DNA of 63,992 nt, filler included. It is 4 parts of 4 records of this genome, joined end to end, with 100 filler letters (N's around TTAATTAATTAA, not from the genome) between each part and the next. Parts side by side here need not be neighbours in the genome. Positions count along the whole stretch, not along the records: positions 1 to 29,855 come from SRR20825010_22; positions 29,956 to 44,019 come from SRR20825010_24; 2 more parts are not named here. One strand, given 5' to 3'. The position numbers and the translations under genes were made by a program. Below the pieces are notes generated by a model. The model did no database searches and had not been told where the DNA came from. It saw nothing but the letters and a program-made list of their open reading frames with translations. How positions within the stretch are numbered: position 1 is the first letter of the stretch; every line of letters starts with the position of its first letter. This document shows positions 21,635 to 30,051 of the stretch, one piece after another.

Positions 21635-22009
21635 ATGAAAAACAAAATCCTAAACGTGGCTTGTATCCTATTTGCCCTGATGATGGTGAATTCAGGACTC
21701 AATAAGTTTTTTAATTATATGCCCATGCCGGAACTTTCAGAAGAGATGATGCAGGTGTTCGGTGCTTTGATGACCATCCAATGGCTATTGCCCCTTGTGG
21801 CGTTGGTCGAAATAATCGGGGGCATTCTATTTGCCATTCCCAAATTTAGGGCATTGGGCGCCTTAGTGATATTGCCTGTCATGGTGGGAATAGTGATCCA
21901 CCACTTGGTCCATGACGTGGCCGGTGTGGGAGTGGGGCTTATCATGTTTCTCATCAATCTCTGGGCCCTTTGGGAAAATCGGGTGAAATACGCCTCGATC
22001 GTATCCTAG
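21635..22009 (+). CDS. DoxX-family membrane protein
   Basis: SGLNKFF, EIIGG, GIVIHH motifs; 4 TM segments. Confidence 0.85.
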   Translation: MKNKILNVACILFALMMVNSGLNKFFNYMPMPELSEEMMQVFGALMTIQWLLPLVALVEIIGGILFAIPKFRALGALVILPVMVGIVIHHLVHDVAGVGVGLIMFLINLWALWENRVKYASIVS

Positions 22010-22288
22010 ACATGGAGTAGCTGGGTCTCATCCCATAAATTGGTTTGAGGGAACCAATCAATGGACCATGTGAAAAAATCAACCGGAAGCTGCTAATTAA
22101 AACTGGCAACTTCCGGTCTTTACCCTCTATCCTTAGCGATTTACATCCCATTTCCCTCAAAACTATTTCGTCACCCTTTCTTACTGAATTTGTGACGAAA
22201 AATAATTTAAATAATGTCCGATGATTTTGTCCTATCTGTACCGCTACCTTTGCATGCGGTGCCTGACACAAAAATTGTTCGGTTTCAC

Positions 22289-22573
22289 TCAATCCAAGAC
22301 CTCCACGGTTCTTGAAAGAATGACTATGGGCTCCATATCCCCAAGAATCTCGTTGATTTCCAATTTTACCCTGTCCCCTACTTCAACTTCCACATGATTG
22401 CCGTTTGGGATACTTATGACGGTGGTGTACTCCGTTCCCTCAGAATCCACAAGAAACAGTGTTTTACCATCCTTCCCCTGTTCAATCTTCGTTATCGAAA
22501 AAACAGTCTCCCCACTTGGATTGTTGCAGGAGGTAACCAGAATAAGCAGTAACATTAGGATTTTGTTGTACAT
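22289..22573 (-). CDS. Hypothetical lipoprotein
   Basis: Lipobox VTSC after a hydrophobic stretch; beta-rich mature part. Confidence 0.65.
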   Translation of the reverse strand: MYNKILMLLLILVTSCNNPSGETVFSITKIEQGKDGKTLFLVDSEGTEYTTVISIPNGNHVEVEVGDRVKLEINEILGDMEPIVILSRTVEVLD

Positions 22574-22706
22574 AGTTTGTGTTTAATATGTTTCAATTAT
22601 ACTAATAAATACCCTTTGTGATGAAAATTACCATATAATAAGGTTTGATGACCTTGACACTTTCATGGCCAAAGTTAAATTATCGGTTTATTTTCGGAAA
22701 ATAGAA

Positions 22707-22730
22707 GGGCCGGGGCAATGCACCCGGCCC
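22707..22730 (-). terminator. GC-rich hairpin downstream of the esterase gene
   Basis: GGGCCGGG...CCCGGCCC stem followed on the minus strand by TTCTATTTT. Confidence 0.6.
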
Positions 22731-22756
22731 AAACCGACCAACATCAATCATCACTT

Positions 22757-23782
22757 TTATTTCAAATATTTTCTTAGTTCAGCTGCAGCATGGTCCAACA
22801 TCGCCTTGGTGGAAGGTTGGTTGGCCAGAGCATTCAACAGTCCAAAGTCATGTATGGTGCCATTGTAGCGAACAGTGGTCACTTCCACACCGGCCTGATC
22901 CAGTTTGCGGCCATAGGCCTCTCCTTCATCCCTGAGGATATCGTTCTCGGCAACCATGATCACAGCGGGTGGCAATCCTTTTAATTCCTCAAGGCTTGCC
23001 TGAAGCGGTGAGGCATAAATGGACTTCCTTTCCTCTAGATCAGTGGTGTATTGGTCCCACATCCATTTCATAATGGGCACGGTCAAGAACCTATCGGTTG
23101 CAAATTTCCTGTAGGATTCTTGGCTGAATGTGGCATCGGTCACAGGCCAAAGTAGAATTTGGGCCTTGATTTCCGGTCCGTTCTCTACCTTTGCTTTGAG
23201 GGCCGTAACAGCGGACATATTTCCTCCCACACTGTTTCCCACAACGGCCAATTTACTTCCATCCACGTTGATCTCATCCCCATGCTCGGCCACCCATTGG
23301 GTTGCGGCATAGATTTCATTGATGGCGGTTGGGAACTGGGCTTCGGGTGAAGGGGTATAGTTGACAAATACGGCAACAAATCCAGAACGTACCACTAAGT
23401 CCCTGACCAATCTTTTGTGGGTGGGATAGTCCCCCAATATCCATCCACCTCCATGAATGAACATGAATACGGGCAATTCCCCCTTAACCCCGCTGGGACG
23501 GACAATATTTAATTTGATCTCATGGCCATTGGAAAGAATTGTTCTTTCAGATTCATCGATACCACTAAGGTCCACTTCAAAAGCTTCCTGTGCACCTATC
23601 AAAACCTGACGGGCATCCTCTTTGGAAAGTGTTTCCAATCCAGGTCCCTCAGAGGAATTCAATACGGTCAAAAAATCCTTGACCCCTTGATCGAGGTGGG
23701 CATCGGTTCTGTAATCCTGTACTTGTGCATTCACCGTTGTACTCATAATTGCTAGCATTAAAGGTTTAATAATTGTTTTCAT
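22757..23782 (-). CDS. Exported alpha/beta hydrolase (HSL-family esterase/lipase)
   Basis: Signal peptide, HGGGW oxyanion motif, GNSVGG nucleophile elbow, DILRDEG, HDF. Confidence 0.9.
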   Translation of the reverse strand: MKTIIKPLMLAIMSTTVNAQVQDYRTDAHLDQGVKDFLTVLNSSEGPGLETLSKEDARQVLIGAQEAFEVDLSGIDESERTILSNGHEIKLNIVRPSGVKGELPVFMFIHGGGWILGDYPTHKRLVRDLVVRSGFVAVFVNYTPSPEAQFPTAINEIYAATQWVAEHGDEINVDGSKLAVVGNSVGGNMSAVTALKAKVENGPEIKAQILLWPVTDATFSQESYRKFATDRFLTVPIMKWMWDQYTTDLEERKSIYASPLQASLEELKGLPPAVIMVAENDILRDEGEAYGRKLDQAGVEVTTVRYNGTIHDFGLLNALANQPSTKAMLDHAAAELRKYLK

Positions 23783-23889
23783 TGTTTTATTTTTTTAGGT
23801 TCTTTTATTTTGATGGTTCAAAGGTCATTCATTTGGAATATATAAATCAAATTAATAATATTGTGTTGTAATTAATATTATTTATAACA

Positions 23890-24861
23890 TTGACCATACA
23901 ACAGCTCCGGTACATTGTCACATTGGAAAAAGAAAGACATTTTGCACGAGCGGCAGAAAAATGTCTGGTCACCCAACCGGGTCTGACCATTCAATTGAAG
24001 AAATTGGAAGAGGAAATAGGCATCAAGATCTTTGACCGCTCCCAAGTACCCTTGGTGCCCACCCCATTGGGCATGGAAATCATTGCAAAGGCAAAAAAGA
24101 TCCTTCGTGAAGTGGATACGGTCCGGGACTTTGTCATCGAACAAAAGAACATATTGAAGGGGAAGGTCCGTTTGGGCGTGGTTTCGACCTTATCCCCTTA
24201 TTTGATCCCCCTTTGTTTAAAGAAGTTCCAAAATACCATGCCGGAGGTCAAGTTCAACATTTCCGAAGATTCCACGATAGGTTTGATGAAGGCACTTGAG
24301 ACCGGGGAATTGGATATCGCCTTGATGGCCACTCCAACGGGTAACCCCAACTTAAAGGAATTCCCTGTCTTCAATGAACCCTTTATGGCCTATTTGCCCA
24401 TGGACCATGGACCATTGAGGCAAAACTCATATATCCTAGTAGATCGGGATCGGGACAGACTTCTGATTTTAGAGGGTGAATTCTGCTACAATTCCCAACT
24501 ATTGGACATCTGTAGCCTGGACACCTCGAATTCCCTTCATAATTTCTCCTACGCGATCAACTCCATTGAGACACTCAAAAACATGGTCCGGCAAGGGTAT
24601 GGATTTTCCATAGTCCCCTGGTTGTCCACTTTTAATGAAACCCACTCGGATAAGGCCAAATGCATGCCCTTCAGTGCCCCACAACCCGTCCGTGAAATCA
24701 GCCTGGTGACCTCGGATACCTTTTCCAAAAAACTTTTATTGGAAAAAGTGGGCCTGGCGATATGGGAAAGCCTTCCAGAGCCCCTGAAATCCGAAACAGC
24801 ATACAAGAAAGTCAGGTGGGATGATTCTCCCTACTTCTCAAAAAAAACCAATTATCGGTAA
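23890..24861 (+). CDS. LysR-family regulator, OxyR-like
   Basis: HFARAAEKCLVTQPGLTIQLKKLEEEIG HTH; EGEFCYNSQLLDIC with C-X8-C. Confidence 0.88.
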   Translation: MTIQQLRYIVTLEKERHFARAAEKCLVTQPGLTIQLKKLEEEIGIKIFDRSQVPLVPTPLGMEIIAKAKKILREVDTVRDFVIEQKNILKGKVRLGVVSTLSPYLIPLCLKKFQNTMPEVKFNISEDSTIGLMKALETGELDIALMATPTGNPNLKEFPVFNEPFMAYLPMDHGPLRQNSYILVDRDRDRLLILEGEFCYNSQLLDICSLDTSNSLHNFSYAINSIETLKNMVRQGYGFSIVPWLSTFNETHSDKAKCMPFSAPQPVREISLVTSDTFSKKLLLEKVGLAIWESLPEPLKSETAYKKVRWDDSPYFSKKTNYR

Positions 24862-24896
24862 AACGACCATTACAAATTCCAATGGCTTGCAGCATT

Positions 24897-25037
24897 GAAA
24901 AAAACGGGCATGGTATACCATCTTCGCCGGAAAAAAATGAGCTCAGCATAATAACCAACAAAGTACAGACCTACAATCTACTACAACGAAATATGGGGTG
25001 GTTCATTTTGCCGTTTTCAGTGGCTCCCATTATCCGT
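24897..25037 (+). repeat. Dispersed ~140-bp repeat, copy 1
   Basis: GAAAAAAACGGGCATGGTATACCATCTTCGCCGGAAAAAAATGAGC...CCGTTTTCAGTGGCTC...TATCC aligns with 27105-27247 and 27874-28013. Confidence 0.8.
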
Positions 25038-25085
25038 CACATGCACTCTAGTAATTTATTTCAAACAATGAATACCAACATTAAG

Positions 25086-26009
25086 TTAATTGAACGACTT
25101 CCTAAATTCCAAGGGAGAAAGGTTTGTTTTTGACTTAAACAATCGATTGAAAGATTGTGAATATTCAAAACCAAGTTGGTAGGCGATCTCACTAATGGAT
25201 AAGTCCGTTGTTGAAAGTAATTCCTTGGCTTTTTCAATCAACTTATCGTGTATAAACTGTTGGGCATTTCGCCCAGTTAGAGAGCGGAGCATATCACTTA
25301 AATAACTGGGTGTAAGGCCAACTTGGTCTCCCAAGGATTGAACGGTCGGAATACCACTGTTTAAAGATTTTGAATCGTCCAAGTAGTCATTTAGATAAAT
25401 TTCCAGTTTTTGAATGATATCATTGTTTATCGCTTTACGGGTTATAAATTGACGTTTGTGGTATCGGTTTGCAAAATTCAATAGCAGTGCTATTTGCGAA
25501 ATGGTGACATCCTGACTAAAATCGTCAATTCGGCTATTCAACTCTGTTTCGATCATTTTAAAAATAGAAATAATGGTATCCTTTTCTTCCAGGGAAAGAT
25601 GCAAAGTCTCATTGGTAGAATAGGAAAAAAAACCATATTTCTTGATTTCTTGTGCTATTGGGTAGCCGAGAAAGAAGTCTGGATGGATAAGTAGCGTGTA
25701 TAAGGAGCAATCCACGGCAGTGTTATCATCAACATAATTACCCATAATCTGATTTGGAGAAGCAAAGAGCAATCCTCCTTCATTGAAATCGTAAAACCCC
25801 CGGCCATATTTTAATTTACCACTTTGTTTGGGTTTATAGGATATTTTATAAAAGTTAAGAACGTGTGATCCGGATGGTGGCTTAATATCATCACTTTCAG
25901 CTCCATTTATCAGACTGATAAGTGGATGCCTCGGCTCGGGTAGACCAAACGCTCGATAAGCGTCCGAAATGGAGCCAAACTTATGAGGATGCATTTTTTC
26001 CTTCTTCAT
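25086..26009 (-). CDS. AraC-family transcriptional regulator
   Basis: HPLISL, YGRGFYDFNEG, HPDF; SEIAYQLGFEYSQSFNRLFK. Confidence 0.93.
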   Translation of the reverse strand: MKKEKMHPHKFGSISDAYRAFGLPEPRHPLISLINGAESDDIKPPSGSHVLNFYKISYKPKQSGKLKYGRGFYDFNEGGLLFASPNQIMGNYVDDNTAVDCSLYTLLIHPDFFLGYPIAQEIKKYGFFSYSTNETLHLSLEEKDTIISIFKMIETELNSRIDDFSQDVTISQIALLLNFANRYHKRQFITRKAINNDIIQKLEIYLNDYLDDSKSLNSGIPTVQSLGDQVGLTPSYLSDMLRSLTGRNAQQFIHDKLIEKAKELLSTTDLSISEIAYQLGFEYSQSFNRLFKSKTNLSPLEFRKSFN

Positions 26010-26086
26010 AACTCAAATTTAAGATTATGATAACCGATACCAAATTAAGTACCGGTTATTATAACTCCTTCTAATGTTTTTGTCAT

Positions 26087-26959
26087 CTAACCTTGGGCCG
26101 AACGAGATATGGCATCCCATTCTTCCCATACTTTCAGACGATTGTCATAAGCCTTTTTTACCTCAGATAAATTGTTGCTTCCCAAGTGAAACCTTAAGGG
26201 TGGATTGGCTGCATCTACTATCTTAAAAAGTGCTTGGGGCGTAGCCTCGGGATTCCCCCGTTCCAAATTGCTCAGACCCTCAAAAAACTTGGCTTTAAAA
26301 TCTCCATAAATTTCCTTCCCTTCAGCAAATTTCAACGACTCCTGGCTTCCAAACTCCGTGGCATAGGCCCCTGGTTCAATAATGGTGACCTTAATTCCAA
26401 ATTGTTCAATTTCTATGGCGAGACTTTCGTGTATGGATTCAAAAGCCCATTTAGAAGAACAGTAGTAACCGATTACAGGATAGGTGATGTGACCAAGGTT
26501 GCTGGATGTGCCAAGTATGTGGCCGAACCCTTGCTTGCGCAGAATTGGAAGTGTTGCTTTGATGACCCCAAGAGGGCCGAAAACATTCGTTTCATAGAGT
26601 GCACGAACATCTTCTGTTCTGGCTTCTTCGATGGTACCCACCAAGGAGTACCCAGCGTTGTTAAGGACAATATCCAGTCTACCGAATTGGTCAAAGGCCT
26701 TATTAACGGCAGCCTTTATCTGTTCGGGTTTGTTAACATCCAACTCAAGAGTGAGCACATTATCACCATACTTTTCTTTGAAGTCGGCAATACTGTCCAA
26801 ATTACGTGCTGTGGCCGCTACCTTGTCTCCACGTTTTAAGGCAGCCTCGGTCCATACCCTCCCAAATCCTCGGGAAGTACCGGTAATAAACCATACTTTA
26901 TTTCCTTTTATCGATTCGGGACCTAAACCAGTCCCTTGGTTTTCATTAGTATGCGTCAT
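26087..26959 (-). CDS. Short-chain dehydrogenase/reductase
   Basis: WFITGTSRGFG, NNAG, YCSSK, IEPG. Confidence 0.92.
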   Translation of the reverse strand: MTHTNENQGTGLGPESIKGNKVWFITGTSRGFGRVWTEAALKRGDKVAATARNLDSIADFKEKYGDNVLTLELDVNKPEQIKAAVNKAFDQFGRLDIVLNNAGYSLVGTIEEARTEDVRALYETNVFGPLGVIKATLPILRKQGFGHILGTSSNLGHITYPVIGYYCSSKWAFESIHESLAIEIEQFGIKVTIIEPGAYATEFGSQESLKFAEGKEIYGDFKAKFFEGLSNLERGNPEATPQALFKIVDAANPPLRFHLGSNNLSEVKKAYDNRLKVWEEWDAISRSAQG

Positions 26960-26985
26960 TGTATTTCTGTTTTATGATTACAATG

Positions 26986-27045
26986 CAAATGTCCGACAGG
27001 GCTGTTTCCCATTTGTGGCCAAAATCAGGTTAATTGTAACCGTAG
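26986..27045 (-). promoter_or_regulatory. Putative AraC-activated promoter of the SDR-AraC operon
   Basis: CAAA (26986), TGTGGCCAAAA (27014), TGTAACCGTAG (27035). Confidence 0.65.
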
Positions 27046-27104
27046 TAAGGAAATTAAAATGGGATGGTGCGAAAGGATAGATTATAGGGAATGAGGCTCT
27101 TAAT

Positions 27105-27247
27105 GAAAACGCCGGACATAGTATACCACCTTCGCCAGATAAAATTGGGCATAGGCATATCAACGCCAATTATTTGGAAACCATAATTCCAATACAAAAT
27201 TGGCTATGGCTCAAAATATCCGCTTTTTGTGGTTCTGTCCATCCGTC
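27105..27247 (+). repeat. Dispersed ~140-bp repeat, copy 2 (most diverged)
   Basis: GGACATAGTATACCACCTTCGCCAGATAAAATTGGGC...ATGGCTCAAAATATCCGCTTTTTGTGGTTCT. Confidence 0.7.
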
Positions 27248-27331
27248 CTTTTCACATTGATCACATGAATTTGTGATGGTATATTTGTGGATAGTCACAA
27301 GGACTCCTCTTTTAAATTACTGTAATAATTT

Positions 27332-27366
27332 AAGCACATAATCGGATAATATCCGATTATGTGCTT
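27332..27366. repeat. Perfect 35-bp palindrome (17-bp arms)
   Basis: AAGCACATAATCGGATA-A-TATCCGATTATGTGCTT followed by a T-run on +. Confidence 0.9.
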
Positions 27367-27406
27367 GTTTTTTTGCATTAAATTGTTACATTAGTAACCT
27401 GCATGG

Positions 27407-27871
27407 TTAGTATCTTTTTCGGCCCGCAAAACGTACAACAGAGCCTGTCCCGCTATGGTACTTTCCTTCATTGAGTTCTACCTCCCTTTCTTCAAGCACC
27501 AAAACCTCATAATCCTTAAAATCGCCTCGGATTTCCTCAATGGAGAACAACGAATCTAAATTCTTTGGTCCGCCCACATAGGGATTCTTGCTTCTGTATT
27601 CCAAATGGTTTTTGCCAAAGGCCTCAAAAATTATGGTTCCTCCCTTGCGTAAATAGGAATCCATTAGTTTATGGTACTTAGATTTGACTTCAGAAGGAAA
27701 ATGGGCATAGATTAGGGCGATGGCATCAAATGGGTTATTGCTGAAATCCAGTTCTGTCAATTCGCCAACTTGATAATCAATGGACACCTGATTGTCCTTG
27801 GCCAAACGTAGGGCCTTCTTCCTGCCTTCGGCACTAATATCAAAAGCCGAAACCGACCATCCCTGTTTGGC
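27407..27871 (-). pseudogene. 5'-truncated class I SAM-dependent methyltransferase
   Basis: AKQGWSVSAFDIS...FDAIALIYAHF...GGTIIFEAF is methyltransferase-like, but the SAM-binding motif I is missing and the upstream part of the ORF is antisense read-through of repeat copy 3. Confidence 0.75.
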
Positions 27872-27873
27872 TG

Positions 27874-28013
27874 GAAAAAACGGGCATAGTATACCACCTT
27901 TGCTGGAAAAAGATGAGCAGAGCAAAACAACTAATAAAGTACTGACGCACAACCTACTACAGTCGTATTTTTGATGGCTCAAATTTAACCGTTTTTAGTG
28001 GTTCTCGGTATCC
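27874..28013 (+). repeat. Dispersed ~140-bp repeat, copy 3
   Basis: GAAAAAACGGGCATAGTATACCACCTTTGCTGGAAAAAGATGAGC...CCGTTTTTAGTGGTTC...TATCC. Confidence 0.8.
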
Positions 28014-28195
28014 ATTCCATCCAGTCTGGTACATTGATAAACTTCAAAATCTAATAATATTGAATGTTTTTTCATTCAATATAACCCATATATTGCAATT
28101 TTGAATGATTTATCATACAAAATAAATGCAATGTAAACACATTTTTTATTACATTTATATTGTTTTTCATACAAAACATATAATTTTAGGTCATT

Positions 28196-28543
28196 ATGAC
28201 TGGTAAATCATACAATTCTTGGTACTCAATGAGCGATAAATCTTTAAGTGAGGTTATTGGTCGCTTCATCAGGCACCACCGTCTCCAGAAGAACCTGAGC
28301 CAGACAACGGTGGCCCAAAATGCGGATATCAGCCGTTCCACTTTGAGTTTATTGGAACGGGGGGAAACGGTAACGGTGTCCACTCTGCTCCAAGTCCTTC
28401 GCACCTTGGAACTGCTCCATGTGATGGACGTATTCGAGGTAAAGTCACAGATCAGTCCCATGCTCTTGGCCAAAATGGAGCGTGAGCGTCGCAAACATGC
28501 CTCGGGAAAACCCCATAAGGGCCAACAAGAAAGTGATTGGTAA
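28196..28543 (+). CDS. XRE-family HTH protein, HipB-like antitoxin
   Basis: RLQKNLSQTTVAQNADISRSTLSLLERG; stop overlaps the hipA start (TAATG). Confidence 0.85.
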   Translation: MTGKSYNSWYSMSDKSLSEVIGRFIRHHRLQKNLSQTTVAQNADISRSTLSLLERGETVTVSTLLQVLRTLELLHVMDVFEVKSQISPMLLAKMERERRKHASGKPHKGQQESDW

Positions 28544-29841
28544 TGGCGACAAGTGCGTTTGTTCGGATTTGGGGCGAATTGGTAGGTGCCGTGGCCTGGA
28601 ATTCAGATCAAGGACTGGGTGTGTTCGAATATGCCAAGGATTTTGATCGGGAACTCTCACCATTAAAGATGCCTTTGAAGGCGGGCAATGGCATATTCAG
28701 TTTTCCAGAACTCAGGGCCGGTCGCAACAGCAGCTATGATACGTTCAAGGGACTTCCAGGCCTACTTGCCGATGTACTTCCGGATGCCTATGGGAACCAA
28801 CTCATCAATATCTGGCTGGCCCAACAGGGGCGCCCTGAGAACAGCATGAACCCAGTGGAGCAGCTGTGCTTCATTGGAAGTCGTGGCATGGGTGCCCTGG
28901 AATTTAAACCCGAAGTCTTGAAGCCAAGAAAAAATACGGTCCAACTCGAGATCGACGGTTTGGTCAGCATTGCCCGAAAAATGCTGGAGAAGCGGGAAGC
29001 TTTCCACGTGAACCTTCAAGATGAGGAAGAGGAGGCCATCCGTAAATTGATCACCATAGGTACTTCTGCCGGAGGTGCTAGGCCAAAGGCCGTAATCGCA
29101 TACAATGAAAAGACTGGCGAGGTCCGGTCCGGTCAGACCAATGTCCCCAAAGGATTCGGTCACTGGCTCATCAAACTGGACGGGGTGAGCGATGTACAAT
29201 TGGGTGACACCCAGGGCTACGGAAGGGTGGAAATGGCCTATTACCTCATGGCCAAGGACGCTGGCATTGACATGATGCCCTGCCAATTGTTGGAAGAACA
29301 TGGAAGGGCCCACTTTATGACCAAACGGTTTGATCGGGAAGAAGGAAATGTAAAGCACCACATACAGACCCTATGTGCGATGAAACACTATGATTTCAAC
29401 TTGGTGAACAGTTACAGTTATGAGCAATTGTTCGAGACGATGCGGGAGTTGCGGTTGGACTATCAGCAGGCGGAACAAATGTACCGGCGTATGGTATTCA
29501 ACGTACTGGCCCGCAATTGTGATGACCATACCAAGAATTTTGCCTTCCGGCTCAAGAAAGGGGACAGATGGGAACTGGCGCCGGCCTATGACATCTGCCA
29601 TGCCTACCGTCCAGACAGTATCTGGGTGAGCCAACATGCCTTGAGCATCAATGGAAAAAGAAAGCAAATTTCGAAGGAGGACCTATTGACCGTGGGCAGG
29701 TCGATGAGCATCAAAAAGGCAAATGACATTGTGGAACATATCCATTCAGTGGTGAGCAATTGGAATACCTATGCAGAACAGGTACAGGTCGAACCTAAAA
29801 AAAAGGAAGCCATTGCCTCGACGCTTATCCGGTTCAACTGA
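28543..29841 (+). CDS. hipA: HipA-family toxin kinase
   Basis: GTSAGGARPK P-loop, WLIK, KRFDR, NCDDHTKNF, LAPAYD. Confidence 0.92.
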   Translation: MATSAFVRIWGELVGAVAWNSDQGLGVFEYAKDFDRELSPLKMPLKAGNGIFSFPELRAGRNSSYDTFKGLPGLLADVLPDAYGNQLINIWLAQQGRPENSMNPVEQLCFIGSRGMGALEFKPEVLKPRKNTVQLEIDGLVSIARKMLEKREAFHVNLQDEEEEAIRKLITIGTSAGGARPKAVIAYNEKTGEVRSGQTNVPKGFGHWLIKLDGVSDVQLGDTQGYGRVEMAYYLMAKDAGIDMMPCQLLEEHGRAHFMTKRFDREEGNVKHHIQTLCAMKHYDFNLVNSYSYEQLFETMRELRLDYQQAEQMYRRMVFNVLARNCDDHTKNFAFRLKKGDRWELAPAYDICHAYRPDSIWVSQHALSINGKRKQISKEDLLTVGRSMSIKKANDIVEHIHSVVSNWNTYAEQVQVEPKKKEAIASTLIRFN

Positions 29842-29855
29842 TTGACGGAAGACCC

Positions 29856-29955
29856 NNNNNNNNNNNNNNNNNNNNNNNNNNNNNNNNNNNNNNNNNNNNT
29901 TAATTAATTAANNNNNNNNNNNNNNNNNNNNNNNNNNNNNNNNNNNNNNNNNNNN
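29856..29955. other. Artificial contig linker/gap
   Basis: 44 N + TTAATTAATTAA (stops in all six frames) + 44 N. Confidence 0.97.
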
Positions 29956-29985
29956 ACTGTTTACTGTTTACTGTTTACTGTTTAC
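29956..29985. repeat. 7-bp tandem repeat (ACTGTTT)x4 or more at the contig edge
   Basis: ACTGTTT four times plus AC, running into the gap. Confidence 0.9.
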
Positions 29986-30051
29986 GAAGAAACACGGTAA
30001 AGTGAAGTTAATGTTGATTGATTTTAAGTTATAAGTTCACCTCCTTAGTTA

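Noticed and set aside
24882-25133. 83-aa ORF over repeat copy 1 (also ORFs 26978-27169 and 27792-27974)
   Set aside because: The equivalent frame in copy 3 contains stops, and the ORF overlaps the AraC 3' end; not supported as coding
27872-27982. N-terminus of the listed 191-aa ORF (MSHQKYDCSRLCV...)
   Set aside because: It is antisense read-through of repeat copy 3, not methyltransferase sequence
24897-28013. CRISPR array interpretation of the dispersed repeats
   Set aside because: Units are ~140 bp, diverged and separated by 0.6-2 kb of genes; no cas genes are visible
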